A DNA stretch of 64,000 nt, taken from the NCBI GenBank assembly GCA_039630575.1, contig JBCNUW010000001.1:32659-96658 (forward strand), in the 5' to 3' direction. The DNA comes from Candidatus Hydrothermales bacterium (GTDB taxonomy: Bacteria; Hydrothermota; Hydrothermia; Hydrothermales; JAJRUZ01). Every line of letters starts with the position of its first letter. The stretch's first letter is position 1. Positions 10,486-20,184 of the stretch are shown in pieces. A program made the position numbers and the translations under genes. Below the pieces are notes generated by a model that was given only the letters and a program-made list of their open reading frames with translations, searched no databases and had not been told where the DNA came from.

Positions 10486-11150
10486 TAGATTTAATTTTTA
10501 CCTTTATAGCAGCTGGTTTAACATTAGCTATATTTTCATTTTTATACAAAGACAATCCTTTTTATAAAATAGCTGAACACATTTACGTAGGTTCTGCCGC
10601 TGCATTCTGGTTTTTGTACCTTTGGTTTTTTGATATTGATCCAAAAATTATTGCACCTTTTAGGAGTCTGTATAAAGAACATGGATTTTTAAAAATGTTT
10701 TCGCATCTATCTCCAGAACACTGGATTTTATTAATTCCTATAACACTCTCTGTTTTTATGCTACTAAGGTTCATACCACCAACAGCTTGGATCTCAAGGT
10801 GGTCAATTGCCTTTCTTGTCGGAATGGCTGCTGGTCTTGGAATAACAGGAGCTCTTCAAGGATACATAATTCCTCAGACAGAGGCAACTCTGCTTCCAAT
10901 TTACACAGGTAACTTATTCACAAGTTTTAACAATTTAATAATAGTAATTGCTACAATTTCAACTTTAATCTATTTCTTTTTTTCAAGGGAACAAAGGGGA
11001 ATTATAGGTATTTTTGCAAAAGTCGGAATTACCTTTATAATGATTGCGTTTGGTGCATCCTTTGGATATACTGTTATGGCTCGTGTTTCACTTTTGATAG
11101 GTAGAATTCATTTCCTTCTTTTTGAGTGGCTATCATTTTTATTTTCTTAA
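10482..11150 (+). CDS. Conserved multi-pass membrane protein of the DUF6754 cluster
   Basis: LTLAIFSFLYKDNPFYKIAEHIYVG and MIAFGASFGYTVMARVSLLIGR motifs; about 6 TM. Confidence 0.75.
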   Translation: MIDLIFTFIAAGLTLAIFSFLYKDNPFYKIAEHIYVGSAAAFWFLYLWFFDIDPKIIAPFRSLYKEHGFLKMFSHLSPEHWILLIPITLSVFMLLRFIPPTAWISRWSIAFLVGMAAGLGITGALQGYIIPQTEATLLPIYTGNLFTSFNNLIIVIATISTLIYFFFSREQRGIIGIFAKVGITFIMIAFGASFGYTVMARVSLLIGRIHFLLFEWLSFLFS

Positions 11151-12556
11151 TTTTTTCGCAGATTTCTCTCACTGAATACTTAAATCTAAGGAGTATCTAT
11201 ATAAGGTCAAGTAATTTCGTAGAGTTAGAAGAAATTTCTTATAAGATGTTTCAACAGGATAAATATAATGCTCTTTACATATCTGATCTTCTCTTGGCTT
11301 TATCAGTTCAGAAAAAAAAGGAAAAGTTTTATTTTTTTTGTGATTCACTTTTTAAATATTTTAAAAATCCAGCAGTTATTTTTCCAGTTGTTAAAACAAT
11401 TGAAAAGTTTAGTTATCCTGAGTATGTAAAATTTTTAATAGAAAAAGCTAGAGAAAAGTTTGATACAAAAAATCTTTACGTAAGGGAGTACTTATCGTCA
11501 ATTTTAAAATTAAAAGAATTCAGTAAATTTTGGGACGAATTCTTAAGTATTAAAGATCTATCTCCTTTCTTAGATATTTTTTCAGATTATCTTTCAAATC
11601 TAAATAAAAACTACATCATAAAAGTATATGAAGATTCAAAGCAAAAAAATTTAAAAGAACTTTTCCCAATATTCATAAGAGAATTTTTAAAGAGGGGAGA
11701 ATTTGAATATGTGATAGAGATGTATAGTTTGTTAGGTAAAAAGAAGCAAGTTGATTCTTTAGTTTATTTTCTTTATGAAAATGACCCAGCTTCTTTAAGA
11801 AAAATTATAGATAAAATTTTTAACGATTGTGAAAAAATTTCTTTTTTTCTTAAAGTTGAAAACTATAATGAAGCATTAAATTATCGAGGAAAGTGTAAGG
11901 ATGAAAAGCTTAACATATTAACTGAAATTTATAGTCTTATACTTTCAGATAAAAAAAGTAAAGCTGAATCAATTGCTGTTAAAAACATTAAAATTTTAGC
12001 TGATGAAAGTCTTGAGTTGGGTAAAATTTTTTACAATACTGGAAATTATAAAGCAGCTGATTCAATTTTGAAAAAATTCAATAATTTTGATATTTTCTTA
12101 ATGAGAGCAAAAATTAATATTTTTTTAGATAGAATTGAAAGGGCAGATTCTATATTATCGCAGACAATTTTAAGGTTCCCTGAAGATGAGAAAATTTATA
12201 AGGCTCTTTTTTTATACTATCTTGTGAGATTTGAAAAGAGAGAGAAATTAAAATTGATAGTAGAGTGTAATGAAAAAACTGAGGAGAATAAAGATTTTGA
12301 ATTGGAGGGAGAGATTGATGAAAAATGGAAAAACTATTTTCTTTTGAAAAAGGAAATAAGAAAAGGAAATTTTTTTGAAATAAAGGATACTCTTTTTGAT
12401 AGCAATTTTTTATCAATACTTTATTTTGAGGGTTATCACTTTTCACTAAAAGAAGGTAATAAAGAGACAGCAAAAAAATTTTTGAAGTACATTGTTGATA
12501 ATCTGAAAGACTCAGCTCTTTTTATCGTGGCACAGAGAAAAATCAAAGATATTTAG
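11126..12556 (+). CDS. Hypothetical helical/TPR-like protein, probably exported
   Basis: Short hydrophobic N-terminus; TPR-like segments (LELGKIFYNTGNYKAADSIL); overlaps the upstream gene by 25 nt. Confidence 0.6.
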   Translation: MAIIFIFLIFSQISLTEYLNLRSIYIRSSNFVELEEISYKMFQQDKYNALYISDLLLALSVQKKKEKFYFFCDSLFKYFKNPAVIFPVVKTIEKFSYPEYVKFLIEKAREKFDTKNLYVREYLSSILKLKEFSKFWDEFLSIKDLSPFLDIFSDYLSNLNKNYIIKVYEDSKQKNLKELFPIFIREFLKRGEFEYVIEMYSLLGKKKQVDSLVYFLYENDPASLRKIIDKIFNDCEKISFFLKVENYNEALNYRGKCKDEKLNILTEIYSLILSDKKSKAESIAVKNIKILADESLELGKIFYNTGNYKAADSILKKFNNFDIFLMRAKINIFLDRIERADSILSQTILRFPEDEKIYKALFLYYLVRFEKREKLKLIVECNEKTEENKDFELEGEIDEKWKNYFLLKKEIRKGNFFEIKDTLFDSNFLSILYFEGYHFSLKEGNKETAKKFLKYIVDNLKDSALFIVAQRKIKDI

Positions 12557-14000
12557 GGGGCTCATAGTTAGGAGCTTCTTTTGTGATTATTATATCATGA
12601 GGATGACTCTCCTTAAGACCAAAAGAACTTATTGTAACAAACTTAGCTTTTCTTCTCAATTCTTTTATGTTTTTAGCTCCTACATAACCCATGCCTGCTC
12701 TTAACCCTCCAGCAAGCTGATATATTACATCTCTTACAGATCCTCTATAAGGAACCATTCCCTCAACTCCCTCTGGGACAAACTTTATTGCCTTATCTTG
12801 AAAGTACCTGTCACGGGAACCTTTTTTCATAGCAGAAATGGAACCCATAGCTCTATAGGTTTTAAATCTCTTTCCTTCATGGATAACCATCTCTCCTGGG
12901 CTTTCATCTGTTCCGGCAAAAAGGTTCCCTATCATGACACAATCAGCACCACCGGCAAGTGCTTTTACAATGTCACCAGAATATCTAATTCCTCCATCGG
13001 CAATTAGCGGAATCTTATATTTTTTTGAGACTTTATAACAATCCATTATTGCTGATAGTTGCGGAACTCCCACACCAGCAACAACTCTTGTTGTACATAT
13101 TGATCCAGGACCAATTCCTACCTTTATTCCATCAACATCTAACCTAACAAGTTCAAGTGTTGCTTCTGAAGTAGCAACGTTTCCTACAACTAAATCTGCT
13201 TGAAAATTTTTTCTTTTTATTTTTTTTGTTATCTCTAAAACTCTCTTTGAATGAGCGTGGGCTGTATCTATAACTATTACATCTACTTCAGCTTCAAGTA
13301 GTTTATACAATCTTTCTTCCCAGTCATCTCCTGTTCCAATTGCAGCAGCAACTTTTAGTCTTCCTTTTGCATCTATGTTTGCATTAGGATGCTCAAGTTT
13401 TTTAGAGAGATCTTTTAATGTAATAAGACCCTTAAGTTTTCCTTTACTATCAACAACTGGTAATTTTTCAATTCTATTTTCAATAAGAATTTTATGGGCT
13501 TCTTCAATTGTAATATTCTCTTTACCAGTTATGACATTTTTCTTCATCACATCTTTTAATTTTAGTTGCGAATTCTCTACATACCTGAGATCCCGCTTTG
13601 TTGCAATTCCAACAAGAGTTTTGTCCTCCATTACTATTGGGATTCCTGAAATTTTATATTTTTCCATTACCTCCCTTGCTTTTTCTACTTTATCTTCTGG
13701 TGAAAGCGAAATAGGTTCTTTTATTATCCAACTTTCATATCTCTTGACCCTAATAACTTCTTCTTTTTGTTCATCTGGAGACATATTTCTGTGTATAACT
13801 CCTATTCCACCTTCTTGAGCTATTGCGATTGCCATTTCAGATTCTGTTACAGTGTCCATAGCTGCAGAAACAAAAGGAATATTCAAAGTTATATTTCTTG
13901 AAAATTTAGTCTTTAATTCGGTTTCAAGAGGTAAAACATTACTTTTTCCTGGTTTAATTAAAACATCATCAAAGGTGAGAGTTTTTTCAAAATTTTTCAT
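12543..14000 (-). CDS. guaB: IMP dehydrogenase
   Basis: [19 protein letters not shown] pair, catalytic [11 protein letters not shown]. Confidence 0.98.
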   Translation of the reverse strand: MKNFEKTLTFDDVLIKPGKSNVLPLETELKTKFSRNITLNIPFVSAAMDTVTESEMAIAIAQEGGIGVIHRNMSPDEQKEEVIRVKRYESWIIKEPISLSPEDKVEKAREVMEKYKISGIPIVMEDKTLVGIATKRDLRYVENSQLKLKDVMKKNVITGKENITIEEAHKILIENRIEKLPVVDSKGKLKGLITLKDLSKKLEHPNANIDAKGRLKVAAAIGTGDDWEERLYKLLEAEVDVIVIDTAHAHSKRVLEITKKIKRKNFQADLVVGNVATSEATLELVRLDVDGIKVGIGPGSICTTRVVAGVGVPQLSAIMDCYKVSKKYKIPLIADGGIRYSGDIVKALAGGADCVMIGNLFAGTDESPGEMVIHEGKRFKTYRAMGSISAMKKGSRDRYFQDKAIKFVPEGVEGMVPYRGSVRDVIYQLAGGLRAGMGYVGAKNIKELRRKAKFVTISSFGLKESHPHDIIITKEAPNYEPPKYL

Positions 14001-14024
14001 TATAATTTATAATATAAATTTAAT

Positions 14025-17000
14025 ATGAAAGTCAAAAGATTTTTAGTTACATTTTCTGTTTTATTCCTCCTTGTTATTTTATTTTTTGTTTCATATTCAT
14101 TTGCTATTTGGAAGACTAAAAAAGATATAAAAACAAGACTTCAGGATTTTTTAGGTGAAAAAGTAGAGTTTGAAGATTTAAAAGTAAGTTTCACAGAGTT
14201 TAAATTTAAAAGTTTAAAGAGTGATTGGTTCTCTATAAAAAAATTTTCTGTTGATTTCAATATTTTCGCTGTAATTTTTTTTAAAAACTTAGGAACTTTT
14301 GAAATTGATTCACTCAAATTAGACCTTGATTCACTTTTTAGTTTTTTAAAAAGAAAAATAAATTTAGATAAAAAAGATGAAAAAAAAGATTTAGTATACT
14401 TTGTTGTAGAGGACATTAATATAAAAAATATTATTCTAAAATATAAAGAAACTTCGCATCTTTTTAAGAACTTAAAAATTTCTTTCAGAATACAAGATAG
14501 TGAGTATCAAATTATTGTCAAGTTTCATTCACCAACTTTCTTCGATCTTAAGGGCAAAGTAATTATTTTAGGAAAAGGGAGAGATTTTAAAATTTTTACA
14601 AAAAACTTGAACTCAAAGATTTTCAGTGTAAACCTAATAGGAAATTTGAAAGGTGAACATTTTGAAGCCACTTTAAATAACTTTTATATTAAAGGTCATA
14701 TACTCGACAAAATTGATGTTAAGGGTAAGATAAATAAATATGGTATTAAAGTTGATAGAATGGATATAAAGTCAAATTTAGCTAATTTAAATGTGAATTT
14801 TATTTTTGAAGATTGGGAATTTAGAGGATTTTTAGTCGGGAATTTAAATTTAGACAAAATAAAGTCATTTGTTTCAAGCAAATTTAACATTGATTTAAAG
14901 AGTGAGATGTTTTATGGTGATATTTTATTAAAAAATTTAATTTATAAAAATTTTAAATTTGATACGATTTTTTACAGCGGTAAAATATATAAAAATTTAG
15001 AAATCGAGCCAGATTCCTTTTATATTTTCTCAGAATTATTAAAAATTTATGGCAAAGGTAGATTAAAGGAAATAGATTTCAAAATTGAGTACTTATCCCA
15101 AAAATTTTTAGAGAAATTTAGTTTTCTTAATTTAGATGGAGGTTTTAATCTTAAAGGAACAGGAATCTTAAAAATCAAAAAAAAAGATTTTGATATGATA
15201 ACTCAAGGTATAATTGAAAACCTTTTTATAAAGGATATTAAATCGGATACAATAAATTTTACTCTTAACAGAAAAGATGGTGTAAACAACATAAATTTTT
15301 ATTCTAAAAAAATTTATTTCAAAAATTTTGCTGGTTCTGTTGATATATTAAGATTGAACTTTTTAAATTTTGATAGCTTTAATTTTGTTTTAAAGGGAAA
15401 TTTACCTTTCTTTGGAAATTTTGAAGAAGAAGGTGATTTCATCAATAAAGTAAATAGAAAAATTTTAAAAATTAAAAGTGGTATAATTTATTTACATCCT
15501 GTTTTGGATATAAAATTAGATTCTCTTAAATTTCTAAACGGATATTTAAAAGCCAAAAAAGAGAATGAGATTTTGAAAATAAATATTTATAATTTAGATC
15601 TTTCGTATTTACCCTATCTCAATTTAATTGGTAAAGTGAACTCACGTATATATTTAATATCTCAAGATTTTAGCTTTAAGCTTGTTGAGGGCAATATAAA
15701 GTTAAGTAACTTTTTTTATAAATTTATAAGCCTAGATTCACTGAATTTTTCATTCAGAAGTGAAAAAGATGTAATTACTGGTGATGGCTTTTTTACAAGA
15801 AATGGTAAAGAAGGAGAGATAAAATTTAACCGTTCAAATCAAGAAACAGAATTTGAAATTTCAGGAGTTGATTTTAATATAACTGATTTTGATATTTTTT
15901 TCCGTGAGCTATTCAAACTGGAGGGAGGAAACTACAGTTTTAGATTTAAAGGAAGATTAGATAAGGATAGAAAATTTAGATATATAGCTAGATTAAATTG
16001 TGACAACCTACAAGGAATTTTTTATCCTGTAGTCACAAATTTTGAACGGACAAAAGTTTATCTTGTATTTATGAACGACACATTCAGTTATGATTTTCAA
16101 GGTTTAAGTGAAGATGGACAAATAAAGGGAAGTGGTATAGGTAAACTTGGTATTTTAGAAAAAGGATTTAATTTAAGTGGAAAAGTAAAACTCAAGAATG
16201 TAAAGATTTATCCAGTTCAAAACATCGATGCTAATGTTGATGGTGAAGTTATTTATGTTAAAGATCATAGAGGGCTTCATATTGAGGGGGATCTTTTTGT
16301 AAATAAGTGTTTTATATACCCTTATTTTGAAAAAGAGGATTTAAAAAGTTTTTCAAAGACTTATTTAAATTTAAATTTAAAGGGTGAAAATATATTTATA
16401 TCCAGCGAATATTTAAATGCAGAGCTAAAAGGAAGTTTGATTATTTTTACACCAGATTTTAAGAGAAAGGTTTTTAAAGGTAGGTTTGATGTTAAAAGGG
16501 GTAATATTTTTTATCTTGGGAAAATTTTTGATATAAAAGGAATTTCTTATGTAGAGTTAAAGGGGGAAGAAAAATTTGATCCTGAACTTTTTGTTGAAGC
16601 CGAAACTTACCATTTTGATCCCATCGGTAATAGAAAAATAAAAATTTTTGTTAATGTAAAGGGAAAACTCTCAGCACCTCAATTTTTCTTAAGTTCAGAG
16701 CCTCCAGTTTATAGCGAAAGTGAGCTACTTAGACTTTTAACTTTAGGTGAGGAAGTTGTTGGATCAACTATTATTGAAGGTGCTGTATCTCAAGAAATAA
16801 GAAAAAGACTAAAGGTTGAAGAGTTAATGATTACAGGTCTTTTAAAAGGTGATCCTACATTTACTGTGGGGACATACATTACTCACAATGTATATTTCAA
16901 ATATTCACAGGCTCTTATAGATCGTTCAAGAAATTTGTATCTTTTAAAATATTTTTTACTACCAAGTTTATCAATATATACAGAGAAGGACGAAAAGGGA

Positions 17001-17039
17001 AGTTTACAAAGTGGTGTAGAGTTTGAGCTAAGGTTTTAA
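14025..17039 (+). CDS. TamB/AsmA-like translocation and assembly module protein
   Basis: N-terminal TM anchor, long beta-rich body, C-terminal TamB-like region (GKLSAPQFFLSSEPP...ELLRLLTLG...GVEFELRF). Confidence 0.75.
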   Translation: MKVKRFLVTFSVLFLLVILFFVSYSFAIWKTKKDIKTRLQDFLGEKVEFEDLKVSFTEFKFKSLKSDWFSIKKFSVDFNIFAVIFFKNLGTFEIDSLKLDLDSLFSFLKRKINLDKKDEKKDLVYFVVEDINIKNIILKYKETSHLFKNLKISFRIQDSEYQIIVKFHSPTFFDLKGKVIILGKGRDFKIFTKNLNSKIFSVNLIGNLKGEHFEATLNNFYIKGHILDKIDVKGKINKYGIKVDRMDIKSNLANLNVNFIFEDWEFRGFLVGNLNLDKIKSFVSSKFNIDLKSEMFYGDILLKNLIYKNFKFDTIFYSGKIYKNLEIEPDSFYIFSELLKIYGKGRLKEIDFKIEYLSQKFLEKFSFLNLDGGFNLKGTGILKIKKKDFDMITQGIIENLFIKDIKSDTINFTLNRKDGVNNINFYSKKIYFKNFAGSVDILRLNFLNFDSFNFVLKGNLPFFGNFEEEGDFINKVNRKILKIKSGIIYLHPVLDIKLDSLKFLNGYLKAKKENEILKINIYNLDLSYLPYLNLIGKVNSRIYLISQDFSFKLVEGNIKLSNFFYKFISLDSLNFSFRSEKDVITGDGFFTRNGKEGEIKFNRSNQETEFEISGVDFNITDFDIFFRELFKLEGGNYSFRFKGRLDKDRKFRYIARLNCDNLQGIFYPVVTNFERTKVYLVFMNDTFSYDFQGLSEDGQIKGSGIGKLGILEKGFNLSGKVKLKNVKIYPVQNIDANVDGEVIYVKDHRGLHIEGDLFVNKCFIYPYFEKEDLKSFSKTYLNLNLKGENIFISSEYLNAELKGSLIIFTPDFKRKVFKGRFDVKRGNIFYLGKIFDIKGISYVELKGEEKFDPELFVEAETYHFDPIGNRKIKIFVNVKGKLSAPQFFLSSEPPVYSESELLRLLTLGEEVVGSTIIEGAVSQEIRKRLKVEELMITGLLKGDPTFTVGTYITHNVYFKYSQALIDRSRNLYLLKYFLLPSLSIYTEKDEKGSLQSGVEFELRF

Positions 17040-17046
17040 TTTTTAA

Positions 17047-18225
17047 TTATTTTTTAAACTTTAAATCTTTCCATAAAGTTTCGAAGAATTCTCTTAAGTA
17101 TGAAAGATTCTGATCTCTTTTAACTCTTTCAAAAAATTCAAGAATATAAATCAGTGAGATAGAAAAAAAGAAAGATAGAAAAATTCCACCTAAAAGGATA
17201 TGACTCCTTTTAGGAGTCTTTTTGTATTTTGAGTAACCTGGCTTAGAAACAATACTGAAGAAAGGTATATCTCTTGAAGCTTCAATTTTTGTGTTTTCTA
17301 GTTCACTCATAAGATTTTTGTAAATTTCAGAAAGGGATTCAATTTTTCTCCAAAGACGTGCCAATTTTACACTGATTTCAGGAACCATTGAAAGAGATGA
17401 ACCAAATCCTGCACCGAAACCGCCTTTTTTATTTCTATTTTCTATACCTTCAATTTCTTTTTTTAGTTCTAAATATCTCTTTTTTAATCTTTTTAACTCA
17501 ATATCGTTTGTATCCTTTATTACTGATAGCATAGTTTTATAATCTATCTCGGCTTCGATTTCCTCTTTTTTTAATTCTGCATATTTTGGAAAAATGTTGT
17601 TAAATTCTTCTTCTATATTGTGAACACCATATTTTAATTTTAGTAGTTTATAGGTATCCTCTACAGCTTTCAGTTCTTTTTCTACAAGGAAAAATCTTTC
17701 TTTTAGTAAGTTTTCCCTCTTTTCATAAAATTGATTGTGGATTTTCTTTATGAAATTTTCTAAATTTTTTAGAATTTCGTTTAAAATTTTTGTTCCTGTT
17801 AAAGGATTTTTATAAACTAAACTGATATTTATCATTCCGCTTTTCTGTATGTTTACTTTATAAAATTCTCTAAACTTTTTTAAAGCTTCATCCATATCTT
17901 TTGCTTTTAGAGTCTCAATCAAACCAAATTTTTCTATTACAGGGGACAATATTCCACTTTCCTCTGAAAGTGAGGCTAAAATATCGGAAGGAGTTATATA
18001 AACCCCGTAACTTATTGGAATAAGTTGAAGTAAAGTTAAATATTCTGAAGGTAAAGTTTCACTATGTATTGGTTCAGCCTTATAGGGCATAATTATTGTT
18101 GATATTATATATTTTTGCGGTATTAAAAAGGTTAAAAGAAGAACTAAAAAAGTAGAAAATATAAAGAATTTATAAAATAGTTTTCTCCATTTTAAAAAAA
18201 TTTCAAAAATTATTTTGAATTCCAT
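17047..18225 (-). CDS. Polysaccharide co-polymerase / chain-length determinant (Wzz/GumC-like, no kinase domain)
   Basis: Two terminal TMs flanking a coiled-coil periplasmic region; Pro-rich motif before the C-terminal TM (SKPGYSKYKKTPKR). Confidence 0.75.
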   Translation of the reverse strand: MEFKIIFEIFLKWRKLFYKFFIFSTFLVLLLTFLIPQKYIISTIIMPYKAEPIHSETLPSEYLTLLQLIPISYGVYITPSDILASLSEESGILSPVIEKFGLIETLKAKDMDEALKKFREFYKVNIQKSGMINISLVYKNPLTGTKILNEILKNLENFIKKIHNQFYEKRENLLKERFFLVEKELKAVEDTYKLLKLKYGVHNIEEEFNNIFPKYAELKKEEIEAEIDYKTMLSVIKDTNDIELKRLKKRYLELKKEIEGIENRNKKGGFGAGFGSSLSMVPEISVKLARLWRKIESLSEIYKNLMSELENTKIEASRDIPFFSIVSKPGYSKYKKTPKRSHILLGGIFLSFFFSISLIYILEFFERVKRDQNLSYLREFFETLWKDLKFKK

Positions 18226-18854
18226 GGTATTATTATTACATCACCGTCTAAAAGGAATGGGTTTTGTGTAAGATCTCCATTTTTGAAATATTGCTCTATT
18301 TGTATAGTATCAATTTGATTTTCCCTTTTTAAAATAACCTTTTCTACATTTTTTGAGAGTGCCTCTTTTAAAAATTCAGATAGTCTTTTTAAACCATCAG
18401 TGTAATAAATACCTGGTTTTTCTAAGTTTCCCACTACATGAACTTCAATTGGGGCTGTTTCTGTAACAAACACTCTAATTTCTGTTCCTTCGAATTTTTT
18501 CTTTATTATCTCATTTATCTCTTTTTCTACTTCTTTTATTTTTTTACCACTTACTTTAAAAAAACCAAGATTTGGACCACTTATTTCTGAAATTGGGATA
18601 TTTGAAAATTTTAAAGAAGTAGGTGTTGTTATTATCCATATTTCACCAGTGTGTGTGACCTGTTGCATATAAACTTGGTTATAGGTTCCAAAAAAAACTA
18701 TTGTTAAAATATCACCCCTTTTGATCTTGTAATCTTCGCTAACAAGATATGCTTTTGAGTTTGAAATATAGGGAATAAATTTAGATGGAACTTCGTAATA
18801 AATGATCCTCTCAGAGTTTGACAAGATTTGTGTAGCAAAAATTACAAAAAGCAT
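18210..18854 (-). CDS. Polysaccharide export protein-like (Poly_export plus SLBB domain)
   Basis: YKIKRGDILTI, VHVVGNLEKPGIY and NPFLLDGDVIIIP motifs. ATG 18854 is preferred over TTG 18878 because a TAAAAT box lies 5 nt upstream. Confidence 0.75.
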   Translation of the reverse strand: MLFVIFATQILSNSERIIYYEVPSKFIPYISNSKAYLVSEDYKIKRGDILTIVFFGTYNQVYMQQVTHTGEIWIITTPTSLKFSNIPISEISGPNLGFFKVSGKKIKEVEKEINEIIKKKFEGTEIRVFVTETAPIEVHVVGNLEKPGIYYTDGLKRLSEFLKEALSKNVEKVILKRENQIDTIQIEQYFKNGDLTQNPFLLDGDVIIIPWNSK

Positions 18855-18902
18855 TATTGATTTTAAAATAAAAAACAATATATAATCAAATGAAGTAACC
18901 TT

Positions 18903-19931
18903 ATGAAAAGTATTCCAGAACCTTTAATTTTTAGAAAAAATAAACTTTACATTTTAGATCAAAGAAAAATACCGTTTAAGGAAAAATACTTTGTTGCAAG
19001 TAGTTTCTGTGATGTAAAAGTTGCTATTAAGAATATGATATTAAGAGGAGCCCCCTTAATTGGTATAGCAGGAGCCTATGGAATTTTATTAGGTTTAAGA
19101 AAAAAATTTAATTTAGATAATTTTTATAAGATGAAAGAAAGTCTACTTCTACTCAGAAAGACCCCCTATAATCTAAACTATACACTTTCAATATTAGAAA
19201 GACTAATAAAAAACGGAGCTGGTTATAAAGATCTTGAAAAAGAAGTAGAAAATATCTTTGAACAAGAAAAGATAAGGTGTGAGAGAATAGGTAAAAATGG
19301 ATTCAAAATTTTCAAGGAAAAACAATATAAAAAAATTTTAACTCATTGTAATACAGGGAAATTGGCAACTGGTGGTATAGGTACTGCTCTTGGGGTTATT
19401 TATAAATCAAAAAAGATAATTGAAATGGTTTATGTGACCGAGACAAGACCTTACTTTCAAGGTGCAAGATTAACATCATATGAATTGTTTAAGCTAAATA
19501 TACCGTTTAAAATCATTCTTGACGGAGAAGCATCCTTTTTGATGCAAAAAGGTGAGGTCGATGCTATCATAGTAGGTGCTGATAGAATAACTCAGGATGG
19601 TTATTTAGCAAACAAAGTTGGAACTTTGTCTCTTGCAATTTCAGCAAAAGAGTTTGGTATACCATTTTATGTAGCTTCACCGGTCTCAACAATTGATTTT
19701 AACACAAAGGGAATTGAAAATATTCAGATAGAGGAAAGAAGAGGTGATGAGGTTAAAGGATGGGGTAAGACAAAATGGGTGCTAGAGAACTTTGACGTAA
19801 TTTACTATTCGTTTGACTTAACACCACCATATCTTATAAAAAATATAATAACTGATTATGGTAATTTTAATCCTAATGAGCTAAAAATGGTTCAATTCCA
19901 TGAGGAAAGAAAGGAGTTTACTAATGCCTAA
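18903..19931 (+). CDS. mtnA: S-methyl-5-thioribose-1-phosphate isomerase
   Basis: LDQR, RGAPLIG, THCNTGKLATGGIGTALG, ETRP, GADRI and NKVGT motifs. Confidence 0.92.
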   Translation: MKSIPEPLIFRKNKLYILDQRKIPFKEKYFVASSFCDVKVAIKNMILRGAPLIGIAGAYGILLGLRKKFNLDNFYKMKESLLLLRKTPYNLNYTLSILERLIKNGAGYKDLEKEVENIFEQEKIRCERIGKNGFKIFKEKQYKKILTHCNTGKLATGGIGTALGVIYKSKKIIEMVYVTETRPYFQGARLTSYELFKLNIPFKIILDGEASFLMQKGEVDAIIVGADRITQDGYLANKVGTLSLAISAKEFGIPFYVASPVSTIDFNTKGIENIQIEERRGDEVKGWGKTKWVLENFDVIYYSFDLTPPYLIKNIITDYGNFNPNELKMVQFHEERKEFTNA

Positions 19932-20184
19932 CAGACACTACGCTTTTGTTCTAATAAAAGTTCAAGTTGGGAAAGTGCCTTCAGTTGCTCAAAGACTTTA
20001 TAATATAAATGAAGTTAGGGAAATATTTATGGTTACAGGACCTTTTGATGTTCTTGCTATCATTGAGACAGAAAGTTATGAAAGATTAGGAGACATACTT
20101 GCAGAAGAAATTCAAAAAATACCTGGAATAGTTGAAACACAAACATTAATGGCCTTTAGAACCTATAAATACTTAGAAAAATGA
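19924..20184 (+). CDS. Lrp/AsnC ligand-binding (RAM) domain protein, no HTH
   Basis: AFVLI...VTGPFDVLA...IQKIPGIVETQT pattern; SD AAGGAG at 19911-19916 supports ATG 19924. Confidence 0.85.
   Translation: MPNRHYAFVLIKVQVGKVPSVAQRLYNINEVREIFMVTGPFDVLAIIETESYERLGDILAEEIQKIPGIVETQTLMAFRTYKYLEK

Noticed and set aside
18890..18898. Mini-ORF ATG-AAG-TAA just upstream of mtnA
   Set aside because: Expected by chance in AT-rich DNA; no attenuator or riboswitch structure is visible.
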